From Halocafeteria seosinensis (Eukaryota): a stretch of 64,000 nt of DNA. Under the pieces are notes generated by a model, which had not been told where the DNA came from, did not search any database, and was given only the letters and a program-made list of their open reading frames with translations. Shown in pieces: positions 35,172 to 47,972 of the stretch; position 1 is the first letter of the stretch, and each line of letters begins with the position of its first letter. The translations under genes and the position numbers were made by a program. The DNA lies in the NCBI GenBank assembly GCA_001687465.1, contig LVLI01000201.1:62001-126000 (forward strand). Direction: 5' to 3'.

Positions 35172-38100
35172 CTACTGAAACGTTTTCACCAGTAGCGATA
35201 GCGTTGTTTGACGCGAATAATCTAAAGCACTCTTCACAATAGGTCTATCTTTCCATTCCTCAACAGCATTGTACACGGTCTCAGTTCCTGCGGGAGACTC
35301 CTGATAGCCTGGGACGTTTCTTGAAGAGTTCTCCTGCGGGTCAGTTTCAGCAGCGACCTCTTGCGTGTCAGTTTCAGCAGCGACATGTGGCTCCTCCGAA
35401 TTAGGGTGTGCAGCTCCGTTCGTTTCTCCAGCTGGGGATTGATCGTCGGTAACACCAGAAAAGGTCGGTTCGCCATTTGCTTGATTAGACCTATTAACTC
35501 CGGCATTGCCCGCTTCAGTGTCTGAATCCGTGGGCCCTTCTTGTTGCACTGGGGCAGTTGCGCTTTCGTCGAGGCTTTCCGTGGGCTGCATCGTCGATTG
35601 AACATTCATGTGTTGGTTATTATCACCGTTTCCATCGCCCAAAAAGCTGATAACGGAGAGCTGCGCAAGACGAGGTAAGTCACTGCCGTTAACCAGGCAA
35701 TACCAGTACAGCACAGTAGGGTAACTTACAATTTCATAAAATGTATCCAACATCTTTGGCGTTATCCATCTCCAACGGGATAATAGTCCACGAGACTTCA
35801 GCCACGCATCGATGATATTTCGGGGCACTGGCTTGAAAGCAATAGATGTTTCCTTCCTGCGAACCACTTCTCCTACTATGTGACATTAGCAGCATAATCC
35901 TTGACAGTATTACTTACTGTGGATTCATATCTTCATCGAACCTAGTGACCTTCTTAAGGTCTTTGTTGCTTTCCCAGACATCACTCCAGAATAGGTACCA
36001 CACCGCGGCGGAAGGGCTGGAGTAGATTTGCTGTATCTTACGATATAGAGCATCTAGATCCTCTCTGTGTCGTGCTGGCAACGATTTTACGTCGGGATCA
36101 GTTTCGCATTGAAAATATTTTTCTACCTCCTCGCGAGATGCTCGGTTGTTGTCGTATATATGGATCCAGAAAGCGGAACTCAGCAACCGTTCCGCGGCCT
36201 GTCTTCTCTCCAATAGCTGTTGCCGATACCCCTGCATCTTATTTTGCAGCTCCTCTAGTCGCTTTGGCAATACTGTGAATCGAATGGTCAATGCGAAGGG
36301 AGTGCAAAACTGATCGCATGTGATACACTGAAACGTGCAACCACTTACGCTCGCAGTTTGGTCGATTGTTGAAAAACTGCTTGAGGGCAGCACAGTCTTC
36401 GAACCTGAAAGCAATAAACAAACCGTTCCAAACGCTAAGATAAGACATCCTTAAGTGCATAAACCTGTATAAATACGTACTTATCATTGATACCGAGGTA
36501 CTGCCTATTGAAATGATCGGCATTGTGGAGCGTTTTCCTCTTGCCAGTGCGGGGAGCAGTACCTGAGAGCTTCATTCATCTGATAATATACGCCGGTACA
36601 CGTTAACACAATACATCGAATTTACCTGTTCCTTCCCCGTCATCCAGGAATAAATCAAATCTAAAGCCAGATTGCATCGGCAAGGCGGGATAATTTGTGC
36701 CGATCGACAAGTAGCCATAGTCGTACTTCATCAGAACAGTAATTGTACTATACACTGTTCGAGTTTGTGTGTTTCCTTGGCTGCAGAATCATGACTAAAT
36801 TGAAATAGAAGTGAAGATGTTTCAAATGAGCCACAAATACCTGTCTCTGTAAGTTTCCGTTCCGTCCTCAACCGTGAACGTTTCCCACCGTTCCAAATGG
36901 TAATGAATACGAGGACCGCACAAAGCCCGTAGCTTTTGCCGAACTGTTCTCCTCCGTTTGATTTCAGGTGTCGAATTTTGGTTTACAAGATCCTCAATTC
37001 GATCACTCCAAAGGAAAGTGTAGTCGTCACTGTCGTCATATACCATGACAGCGTGAAAAGGATATGCTATTGTATACAACTTCCCAAAGCAAGTGGAGCT
37101 TCCCAGTTGACCGGTGCTTGCTTTGCCGTAGTAATAAGCGTCTACCCCCTCCAGCTCTGTCATAATGAAATTCCGTGCACCCACAATATTTGGATTGTAA
37201 GTGTTTCTCCAATGCTCAAGATTTCGGTTCATTCCAACGTCCCTCGTTTTCCACTTAAGCGATTCTAGCCTGAGATATTGATACGTGCGGAATTCACTCG
37301 CCACCCTACTTCAGATCTCAAATAATATGCTGGGTACATACCTTTCCCACAGCTGTTCACCTTCCTCCTTCAATACGGAATCCCAAAACGGCTGCCAAAC
37401 ACGTTGTTTAATTTCGGACTGAATATCCCACTCAGGAACAGTTTTCTTGAAGGTGGACGATTTCTTCGTAGAACTGTTGGTGAACTGAAGGATACCGAAG
37501 ATTGACTTTACCGTGCTCCGAACGACTTGAATGTCCCACAGTACAGCAATAAGCATCACGAATAGATTCAGAGCATGGGCTGTGACAATGACATATCCCA
37601 TGATATCGCCATAGGCAAACGTGGAGACGAAGCTGCCTCCCACAGTGATAAGCGAGGTGAATAGCCCAGAGTAGTCCAAAAAATCCGCTGCAAGCCAAGA
37701 CGAGACTGCTGAAACATACACGGGAAGATTCGTCAGTTTACTTATACTTACAAACGGGATCAAGGAACGGCGCGCTAAAGAAGGAAAACAACCCCCAGAC
37801 TCCTAGAACGCACAAGTTCGAGATAGACTGGGTTCCTGGATGCTCATAGAGAACAATGGTAGGTACAACCAATGCCAGCTTAAAAAACATTTTCAACACT
37901 TGATAATAAGCCCATTTCCGTTCGTAACCGTCGTATCTGGGAATTTACAGTCCGTTGGATGAGAGTAGACCACATGTAGAAGGAGGCTTTGCACTCACAG
38001 AAACAAGTACGGGCAGTTTTGCTGATTTGGATCATTCTCGAGATCATCTCGATACCTGCCAGAAAGGAGCAAAGCAGATAACCACGGATATAGCCTCGAA

Positions 38101-39158
38101 TTCGTACGCTTCGCAGTGCATGAAGTCATACCTTGTGTTGTTGTAGTCTACTAGGTTGCCTTCGTTATCGTAGCACTTTGTAGGGTCCTCACGACTTCCG
38201 AAGGGTTTGTTCTTGTAGATGAGCCAGGTGCAGTATATAGGCAAACTGAGGGTATACAGTAAACCAATTAGTATTGCACCGGCAAAGACAGTATTATAAT
38301 ATTTCCACTGGGAGCAGCTGCAGTCTGAATAGTGAAGCGAGTTGTCTGCCAAAATATCTCTATCGTCCGTTCCGGCTTTAATCGCTTCAATGATACCGGG
38401 GCATCCGAGGCTGACGTCGGGACTTACAAAAACAATTGCCTGTAGGAACGTATACATCAAGCATGCTTATACATTTTGCTACAAAAGGAAAATCTACGGG
38501 AGAGCTTACTCGTATCATTCCCGGCGCGCAGCGAAATATCTGCGCCAGTTCTCTTGAGACAGGAAGATAGAGCAACGTGGCCAGTCGGAGACCCCACTTA
38601 ATAAAGCCTATTTTGTACTTCTTTTCCTCTTTTTGCTTGTTCCATTTCTGCACTTCGTGTCCCTGTAATATCAAATTTCCTTGTACGTACAATTTCGAAT
38701 TACAAAACTGACGAGACAATGGCTTACTTGTCGAATCTCATCCGGGTTGAGTTTCTTCGAAATGCACCATACAATGTTGAAAGCCAAAGTACAGATCAGT
38801 GCGAATGCGAGCAAAACGCCGACAACATAAATATGTGGTATCTTAGAATATACCATGTTAAAGTTCAGTGACACCTGCAGGAAGAAACCCCAGTGGAAGT
38901 TTGGCTGGAACTAACCTTGATGCAGCGGGATATATCACTCACCACTCCAAAAACATGGCCAAACACCTTTTTCGCTAAGGTTAAACCTTTACTCGCGATG
39001 GCCGAAAAAAAGAGCGAAATATTCTGCACAAAGTCCCGAACGATCTCCAGACGAGTGAAATCGACGCATTGCGTTTTCACTCGGCGGAGGCTCTGGGCCG
39101 TCTTTTGCGCCTCCTGATTCAGCAGGGGCTGTTTTACATCCCCGGATTCCGCGCTCAT
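35172..39158 (-). CDS. Uncharacterised multi-pass membrane protein with large C-terminal soluble region (multi-exon)
   Basis: Chain of minus-strand ORFs joined by GT-AG introns. Hydrophobic helices with LYLPVSR, Cys-rich loop, PYLFL-YDGYERKWAYYQV..K, APFLDP. Confidence 0.8.
35335..35387 (-). repeat. 27-bp coding tandem duplication (VAAETDTQE/VAAETDPQE)
   Basis: gtcagtttcagcagcgac occurs twice, 27 bp apart. Confidence 0.85.
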
Positions 39159-40513
39159 TTTTATCGGTAGGGGGTATTACGCCCAGTGGGGGTCCAAAAT
39201 GACGTAAATGAGCGTGAATCGGCCTTCAGAAGCAGCTTGTTGTCCGGTGCGATTGGTGTGAAGTACTGGTTTAGACCAAACTTCTCGCGAGCTACAGTAT
39301 TCCTTTATACCAAGACAACCTGAACTATGCCAGACGATGGATAAGATACTTAACTTTGGTGCGGACGATTCCGGAGTGGAAAGAACAAGTAGTTTTGGAG
39401 TATAACGCACGCACTACACTACACGGATTGGGGGATCGAAATTCTGAAGCTGAAGAGGTCGCAAGTGCACTTCAGCTGTATCCTTCTCGTTACTGTTTCT
39501 TGTCGCAACTGTGTACAGTACAGTAATACCAGTAAACCGTACTGATTTCTGTCGCACGTCCTTATACACAGATTTGCACACCTGAAACGTTTACTTGGCC
39601 AGTTTTCGCCGTTACGACACCGACACTGCTTAATAAAGACTGCAAGAACCACTTACGGTACCGTTTACACGAAGATACTGCAATTCCAGTTTAGTAGCCC
39701 CAAAGAATACGAGCAGAGGTAGAAAGAATATTTTTGTCGCGTAATGGAAGACTTCACATGATTTCCATACAAATGCTACCCAGCCTGGGAACCTAGGCAA
39801 AGGATCTGGGCTGTTTTTACAAGGGAAATATCAAGGGGTTGTCGCCTTACGGGACAGAGTTCTAGGAGTTGACCCGCCTTATGCTGGGACATATTGTAAC
39901 GAACGTCTTGCCCGGGTTGACTGGGGGTTTGAGCTGGATCCTAGGTCCAGGAGTGATGGCGACTGAACGCCATGGAGGAGAAAACGAAAGAAGAACAGGA
40001 TCTTCCTGTATAGTGCAACGACGGTATGTGCCTAGCAGATATGCTGTTTGTTTACCGCTGAGTCTCCTGGATACAAAAAGATGATCCTCGTTGTAACATT
40101 TTTGTTGCGTTCCTGAACGAGACCCAGGACGTGTAGGCGAGTTAGTGGACGCTGATAGCATGCAGTGCTTGACGTATTGTATGATTTTATTTTATTCTCG
40201 AATGTGTCATATCAGTTCCATTGTCCGATACTGTTCATCCGTACCCCCCACGATCAATTCTACAGCCTATCCATCAAGGTAATCCGGAGGCGGTGTTTCA
40301 TTCGATTGTAGTTGCAAATATCGATCAGTCAGTAGTTGTCTCGTTTAGCGTACTAAGCGGTATCGGTGCCATTGCTGGTGGTCCAGTTGCTTCGCTCGAC
40401 AACTGCACTGCTAGGTGCACCTGGTGCAGTCACAGCGCGCGGCAGTGCAGTGCTTAACCTGGTACTGTTGAAGACAGTGATTCACAGGCAGTGTGGGATT
40501 GTTTTCTCCAGAA

Positions 40514-42370
40514 ATGCAGCATCTTGATGAAAGAGCAACCACATACTTGTCGACGATGTCCGAACCACGGAGAAATCCCTGTCATCTTCTCAAGGTCTAC
40601 TTGACATGGCTCCAAGATCACCAAGAACCAGGCCAAGCCTTGGATGCTGTGAGCGACTACTGGAGCTGTGCGGAAACTCCAAGCCCAGAGCAAGAACCTC
40701 TTTTCAAGGTTGCACATGTGATGGAGTGGCCACGATGCATTCCCAAACCAATTAAAACTGATGCTCAAGCGAAAGCGTTGGCCTTAACCAATCGAAATTT
40801 TAGTGGAACCGTCTATGTTCTGGAACCTCTGCGGAAAGAGTGGTTTCCAAATGGGGGGCAGGATCTTCTGACCGACGATGCTTTTTACAATTTGTCCATG
40901 GCGAGATCCATCGTTTTCGCAGGGTATTGTGGCACGGGTGTCACAGAGCATGCTTTCTCTCACTTAACTCGATTGACTAACTTGAGTTTACGGGGATGCC
41001 GAACAGCTGGAACACGTATCTTGACAAGAAGAACGACTGAACACTTACCGCAATTGCGAAGTCTAAACGTCAGTGCGATAGAAGAAGGAATTCTTTCAGA
41101 TGAATTCTTTTCTCCCCTAACAAATATAAAGCACCTGAAACTAATTCAATGCGAACAATGCAACTTGAGCAATTCTGCTTTTTTGCATTTGCGAAACTTG
41201 GAGAGTTTGGATATTTCCTGGAGCAATCAATTGGACATTTCGTCAACTGCCTTTTATCACATGGCTCATCTCACTTCATTGGACATGTCTGGTTGCAATC
41301 AAACTTCAATTAGCTCAAACATCTTCGCTTTCATGCCCAATTTGGTGCATCTAGACATATCTCAATGCAGCCAATCAAGCTTGCGCTCTGAAGACTTTGC
41401 TTACCTGAAGGATTTGACATCACTCCGTCTCTCCGGTTGCTCCGCTCCACAAATATCGGATGCAGGCTTCCGAGACTTGGTCAATTTACGGAGTCTAACA
41501 ATGCGTCACTGCTCTCAAACATCCTTAACGAGTGCCGCCTTTGAATCCTTAACGAATCTAACTTCATTAGATATAACTGGGTGTGACCAACGTACGATGG
41601 ATTCGACGACTTTTGTAGGTCTTCCTCTCATATATTTGAAGATGACTTCCTGCAAACAATTCGATGATGAAGCCTTTCGTCATTTACGAAGCTTGACGTA
41701 CTTGGACATGCAGCAGTGTTCGCAGCGAACCATAACTTCTGCTGCGTTTCATCATTTATCGAACCTGAGAACTCTACTAATGCACTACTGTAATCAGGAT
41801 GAAATACAGGGTGATGCGTTTTGCAATTTGTCAAATTTGCAATCCCTGTCTATGATGGAATGCTCAATTGCTCTTACAGACGCTTCTTTTCGTAACTTGT
41901 CGAATCTGACTTATTTGAATGTTGCGCATGCATGGGGTACTGTTCGTGACAGGGATTTCTGTAATTTCCCTCTCTTGCGTGTTCTAAACATCGAGGGGCT
42001 GACTAACTTGACAAACGAAGCTTTTCGCTGGCTCACGAATTTAACTTCTTTGAATATCAAGCATTGTCGATCGATAAACCTGACTTTACCTTCACCGATC
42101 ACAGGAGAAACGGAATTTAGGCGTGAGGTGACAGACACTCGTGGAATTGATGAGAAGGTATTTCAATATCTTCCATCATTGGTATCGCTTACCATCAATT
42201 TTAACATGCTGGCATTGATGAGTGAAAATGCCCTAGACTCATTGACCAGGTTGCCCAAGTTAATTATTCCCTGTTGCACAAGACGCGAAAGGAATCATTG
42301 TCCCCCGGGACTATCGAGGCTCGTACAGGGTACAAACGTAAGGCTCTGTGCGTGCAAACTTCCATGTTGA
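40514..42370 (+). CDS. Leucine-rich repeat protein, ~18 repeats of ~24 aa; true start may lie upstream
   Basis: Units such as ISSTAFYHMAHLTSLDMSGCNQTS. First in-frame ATG at 40514. Confidence 0.9.
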   Translation: MQHLDERATTYLSTMSEPRRNPCHLLKVYLTWLQDHQEPGQALDAVSDYWSCAETPSPEQEPLFKVAHVMEWPRCIPKPIKTDAQAKALALTNRNFSGTVYVLEPLRKEWFPNGGQDLLTDDAFYNLSMARSIVFAGYCGTGVTEHAFSHLTRLTNLSLRGCRTAGTRILTRRTTEHLPQLRSLNVSAIEEGILSDEFFSPLTNIKHLKLIQCEQCNLSNSAFLHLRNLESLDISWSNQLDISSTAFYHMAHLTSLDMSGCNQTSISSNIFAFMPNLVHLDISQCSQSSLRSEDFAYLKDLTSLRLSGCSAPQISDAGFRDLVNLRSLTMRHCSQTSLTSAAFESLTNLTSLDITGCDQRTMDSTTFVGLPLIYLKMTSCKQFDDEAFRHLRSLTYLDMQQCSQRTITSAAFHHLSNLRTLLMHYCNQDEIQGDAFCNLSNLQSLSMMECSIALTDASFRNLSNLTYLNVAHAWGTVRDRDFCNFPLLRVLNIEGLTNLTNEAFRWLTNLTSLNIKHCRSINLTLPSPITGETEFRREVTDTRGIDEKVFQYLPSLVSLTINFNMLALMSENALDSLTRLPKLIIPCCTRRERNHCPPGLSRLVQGTNVRLCACKLPC

Positions 42371-43156
42371 ACTTTCAGCACGGGGGCTCGCATAGCTTTA
42401 CTTTAAGATACACTTCAGGCTTACACCGGCATAAGAACTACCCCATTGTAAGATATAAAAGTGTGTATTGTGTGGCAACCACTCAAAATAATACGGGGAC
42501 ACATGTTAGTGGTGTGTATGTACAATGTTTGTATTGCTCCTACCAAAAGACGTGCAGGTTACAGGTTAAGCTGCGTTGTGACGGGTTGATGAAGAAGCAG
42601 TTTGGCAACAGAACGCGGTTATTGCCCCAATGTGCGTGCATTGACATGAAATCATGATGAAAATGTGAAGTTCATGGAAATCAGTGTAGCGCGAGTTCGA
42701 TTCGGCAAGTACCACCAGTAGGGTCTCATGAATAGCCGGAGCAGAGTCTGAAGAGAGGTAATACTGGTAGCACCCCCGCCATGTTCTTTTGCTATCTTCC
42801 GCACTGCACTGCAACGTCCAGCAGCAGTCGTGGTCGCGCACCATTCCTAAATAAGTCTTGTACTCTAATGGAGGCTTGGTATTTGACACAGACGGTTCTC
42901 CGAGTGCAATCTCCTGAATTCAATCAGACAGCGAAGCTGTATATGATGCAGAGGAAGCATTCACTCAAGCAGATGACAAGGTAGATATCAAGAGTCACAC
43001 AGAGTTATAGAGATCAATCCACATGATGCTGAGGCTGCGACTTTGCGCTTAGCGTGGTAGTCTATTGTGGCAACATTTAATAGGGTTGATACACGCATAC
43101 TTCACCGCGCTCAAGTTTATTTTTAGGTTACTAGAGCACGCATAAGGGTTGTAATC

Positions 43157-44042
43157 ATGCTTCGGAGTCATTATTGGACTCACCGACAGAGCCCTCTGGC
43201 AATCTTCACCAGGGGGGTGAAGACCCAGTTCCATCCTCTTCCTCGTGGAGGCTTCCCTCAGCGATTTTGCACCTCTTCCAGAGCTCGACAACAGCAGAAA
43301 AGGAGTCATAGTGGTAGTACACTTACGCCGTATGTTCTGGGAGGTGGAGGACTGATCCCATTCGCCTGGTTTTCAGCCGCAGCATGTAAGTGGTGGTGGT
43401 TCATGGAATCGTACCCGTGGAATTGGCATTACTCCTAATCCCACGTACTCGACGCAGGTGACAAAGACGTCCGAGAATGGAGCAAAAGTGTCTTGAAACC
43501 ATTGTATGGATTCACGGGGACCACAGATGACGTCATTAAGCTTTTTGAACCCAGATCTCCCGAGCAAGTATGTGAGATAGGAGAGCTGTGTGACATCAGC
43601 ACATGACATGGGCCCATCTAAGTTTATTTTTTCATATGAAATGCTGCTTTGCTACTCTCTGCAGTCGTGTGTTAAGCTTGCGTATTATGGAGCGTCGATC
43701 TTGTCGTTCATGGGAGCCATTCACTGGGGAACTGCCATGGTCAGCACAGCATGGTCAGCACGAAGTCGAGCATTGTCGTACGGAATCAGTACAATTCCTT
43801 CGTTAGTAGCGTGGGGCTCGCTGGCTTCGCTTGTTGGGGTCGAAGAGAGAAAACAAAATAATGAGGGCTGTCGATCAGCCTTGGTGGGGCAAGCTGTGGG
43901 TTTTGCTTCGGTATTCTGGTACGATCTCGTGACAATATCGAACGGCAAACTTCCTCGGTGGTATATTTCTCTGCGCATCCCTTTGACTCTGGGTGCCTTG
44001 GTTTCATTGACATTACCGGTATTGTCAGTGAAACCACAGTGA
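43157..44042 (+). CDS. TMEM69: TMEM69 / DUF3429 family membrane protein
   Basis: LGGGGLIPF, YGASILSFMGAIHWG, PSLVAW, LPRWYISLRIPLT. Introns 43386-43457 and 43568-43664. Confidence 0.88.
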
Positions 44043-44981
44043 ATCCAAGAAGGATCAGCGAGACGATTACGGTTGATGGTTTGCGCTGCTCGAGAGGGCG
44101 GGAGAAGCCTGTATGTAGCAAGACACTCTGTTGAGGACTTGAAATGCTTGTCGCCATCGGTTCGCTTCTAACGTACGGACCGGCATTGCCACTAAGATGA
44201 ACTTTGCAGCAGACTTGGTCGATTTGAAGGCTACCGTAGCACACTGAAACTTGCTGAACATCAGCTGAATGGAGTCCTACGAAAAAGCATTACCCCCATC
44301 TAAATCCAGACTCGGTTGAAATTCTCTGCTCTATGTGGGCAGCGACAGCAACGAGCAACATCCGCTATGTGCTGGCAAAGGCACCAGTGAGAATGCTCCT
44401 GGTGGTGGCAGTGAAAGAGGATTAGTAGAGTTACGGGCGCGGTTGAACGCCATTGAAACGGAGAAAACGAGAACGCATTTTGTTGCATAGTTCAATGATG
44501 GATGGACTTTGATGTTTACTCTCTAGAGATCCTGACCTTGTGGTATTGTAGCGTCTACACTGGAGCAACCCTTACAGGAAAACTATACCCGCTTCTTCAG
44601 GCAATTGCGTATAGCATTTTTAGTTGTCGTGGTAGTAGAAGCGGGGTGAAGAGTTCGCAATGTGAATATGATGCTACCGGTGTGTTAGTACAAGCCACAC
44701 GATTTACTTTTCTTGGATATATCCATACGACAACCTTTGCCGGGTTATGTTAGCACATACACACGAATAATTTTTTGCGAGGTTCTATTTACTGGTATTA
44801 TTCCGGACTCCGGAGTTATGTAATACAGCAAAAAATTCAAACGAAGCAACCTGTTACCGACAGGAAGCGAACAGTGTGGTACATCCGTTGATATTGTTGC
44901 AAACTACCTACCACCTAATGTTTCCACTCAGTAGGGTACTACCACAACTATATTGGCACAATAATAAATGAATGTGCCACG

Positions 44982-46173
44982 ATGGTGTCATCGTCTGAGA
45001 CATCGTTCACACGACATATTATCGATAAACTTCTAGTATGCGACGAGGGTCCTCCCCGTGCCTTGACTAGTCTTTCGACACGGCTTCCGACTGGACAGCC
45101 ACGGGCCACCGATGACAGCGTCGTGACGGTCTACACCACCCCGAACCAGGATCCGGAGAAACCAGAATTATTCGTGTCATGCACTGTACGGACTAACAAG
45201 GAAGGCGAGAAAGCACCGCTTACATTGTTTACCGGGAAGTTTACGGATTCCTTCTTCAGCAAACATGTACGTACGCGCATACAGAGTTCATTCATCGTAC
45301 GAGTAGTAATTGTCAAGTATGTGTGAGTGAGTGCTGCAGATTAAACGCGCTGGATTACGCGTGAACGCCGAGCAATTCGCGGGCATCTTTGAGAGGGCCT
45401 TGTATGCGCAAGGAGAACCTTTAGCTTCCCCTGCTCTGGAATTCGAAGAAGACGAAGAGAGCGATAGTGACGAGGATGGTAACGATGGGTCGAATAAGGA
45501 GGGTAGTATCCCTGAGAAATTGACACTGAAGCTGCAATATCTCAAAGAGGAGCTGTTTGAAATCAACGGGGACTTGCCGTTGAAGAAGAAGCAATGCAAA
45601 GATACAGACATTCTCGCTCTGTTATGGATGTCTCAACAGGTTTCGAATCGAGGTGGATCAGCCGGATCAGCTCAGAAAAATGAGAATGGCATCAAACAGC
45701 CGACCGTCAAGACGGAAGCGCCGCAGTCTCAGAGCAGCACTGGCTCCGGGTCAGATGCTACAGCTACTGACAACGCGCCTGCCAACAAGGGCAAAAGCCC
45801 CCTTCGAGAGAGTACTTCTAGTGGTAGTGTGACGACAACGTACAATACAGAGGCCGTAGCTGTGAAGAAGGAAGAGAACGAGGCTACTGCCACTGGGAAG
45901 TCTGAAGCAGTCCCTGCTTCGTCCGAGAGTGTTGAAGTGAAACCGAAAGCAGAAGAGGGAACACAGGGAACTAGGGAGGAGAAACCAGCGACGGCTTCGC
46001 AGCGCGCTCCAGCTGTTAAGAAGAAGCCACCACCCATGGGACTGAATCCAGGCAAAAAGCGGTAAGTAAGCTTGTGCTCCTAAGTATTCGCAAGTTTTGG
46101 CTTGGCTAAGTCTGTTGACTGCTGCAGTCGAGTTGGTGGTGGGGCTAAAATTGGAGGAGGTAATATAAAGTGA
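44982..46173 (+). CDS. Probable PAXX-like protein (XRCC4/XLF superfamily head plus C-terminal Ku-binding-like motif)
   Basis: Introns 45267-45339 and 46062-46127. Spliced LFTGKFTDSFFSKHIKRAGLRVNAEQFAGIFERAL; C-terminus VKKKPPPMGLNPGKKRRVGGGAKIG. Confidence 0.6.
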
Positions 46174-46303
46174 GGTATTCGAATAAGCTAGCCTTGATGC
46201 TAGCATATGTATATAAAATAGATAAACAAATCGTCGACACTAAGCACCGAATTTTGTCACTGCTGTCAGCAAGCAACTCTTAAAAGTTTGAGTTCGCGTT
46301 CCA

Positions 46304-47972
46304 TCAGCGGCGCATCATAGAATGTAAAGCATTTGCTGCTGCATTTCTCCTTGAATTCGCTGCCTGCGGGTACATACCTGAAGGTGAACTCGACGCAGCT
46401 GCAGAGTGTGATCCTGCCACAAGCATCGGTGGAGAGTTCACGCAAGGCTGATCCTGATTTGCGTAGGGATAATGTGGCCGTTGTTGATGTAGAGGTATGA
46501 TGGGACCCATATTTCGCTGGAAGTGAGACCCAGAGATATAATTTTGAGTGGAGTACGCTGAGGGGTTCAGTACCTGTCCGTTTGGGCCTACTGGTATCGG
46601 GTTAAAGTATGTCCCAGCTCCAAGCGAAGATGAGCTAACAACTACGGGAGCAATTGGGATATGGGGGCTCATTTGATGTTGAGGCAGGCAATTCATCTGT
46701 TGATAAGAAGACCAAAATTGTCCTACTAGTGGCATAGCATTCACGTTCCCCGACCCGACTGACGATCCTTGCAGCGAGACTTGATGAGCTGTTTGTGTTT
46801 GGGGACCACTTTGGCTTCGGGGGGTGTATGTTTCAGTGGGACTCGCTGGGTTATCAGAGATTTCCGATTCCGCAACATCGAAAGAGCGACGGCGCTTGCC
46901 TGTAAGTGGAGCGCGAATATGCTGAGGTGTCCTGCTATTTGTGTCCTCCAAGTCATCCTGAAACTTTTCAAGGAACTCGAGGCACATATCATCTAATTCG
47001 TGCTCGGCTTGCGCAATTTCTTCTTCAAGGCTCGCAAACGGCGGGTTGGGATCCTTCTTAGGCACATATACTTGCTGTAAATGACACCAACATCCACGCT
47101 GTACTCCAGAGAAAAATGACTGAATTTAGACAGCAAACTTACTTTCCCCAGGGCTGCCTCCTTTGGCCACTTTTTCGAGACACGCATGGGGTCACAGTTC
47201 AATGCTGTGGCGACGTATGCGCGTAACGTTGTATTTGGTTTCAAGTTCCTGATCAAGCCAACTCTGAACAGGGAGATCAGCTGGCTAGCAAAATCTATTT
47301 CTGCACCCGAGAATCACATCGACACATCGAAATTGAATGGCTGTGCTACAAGCGAGGTTCAGGTGACTCCGAGGTATCCGCTAGTGACGTACCGTAGTCT
47401 GTCCATTTTCCCGAACGCCGTTTTGACTCAGCCACTACATTCCACGCATCGGGATACTTGGTCTTTGCTTTTTGCTGAACAACTGATGAAAATATGTCGG
47501 ATAGCGGCACCTCGACAATCCCGACGGCTGCATTGCGAAGTAGGTAGTTGAGTACTAACGTTAGCTACAAATACAAACATTGAAACGTACGACTTGGACC
47601 GTCTACTGTCGTCGCCGTAATTTGTCGATAATACTCAGTTCCATTCTCTCCCGTAACTGCGGCAGAGCTCGTAGTATCTTGAGTTGGCGCGTTACCACTG
47701 CGGCTTCCACCAGTACCACCACGATCGCCCGTGTTCTCCAATGTGTTCCCGTTTGCAGAATTTCTAGGATGATTATGGGGCACTTTGTTAGCAAGCTTTA
47801 GTTCCAGTATTTCCTCCTCCTTACTGCTTAAACGACTCGACCCGAGTGACTCATTATTTCCGGCAGGATCCTCGCCATCAGACGACACATGTTGAGTCGC
47901 TAAGGTAGCTGTCGCAGCGCTATCAGCGCTGGACGACGTGCTATAGTCCCCCGAATTCATCTGATCCAGCAT
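46304..47972 (-). CDS. Stramenopile-type putative transcription factor (Myb-like GKWT..E / L.CDPMR.SKK domain, low-complexity P/Q/S tail)
   Basis: Spliced RRSGKWTDYEIDFASQLISLFRVGLI..TTLRAYVATALNCDPMRVSKKW..LGKQVY. Three introns. Confidence 0.8.

Noticed and set aside
42566..42889. 107-aa minus-strand ORF
   Set aside because: Non-ATG start and no recognisable motif.
44067..44488. Possible small spliced minus-strand gene
   Set aside because: No consistent open spliced frame found.
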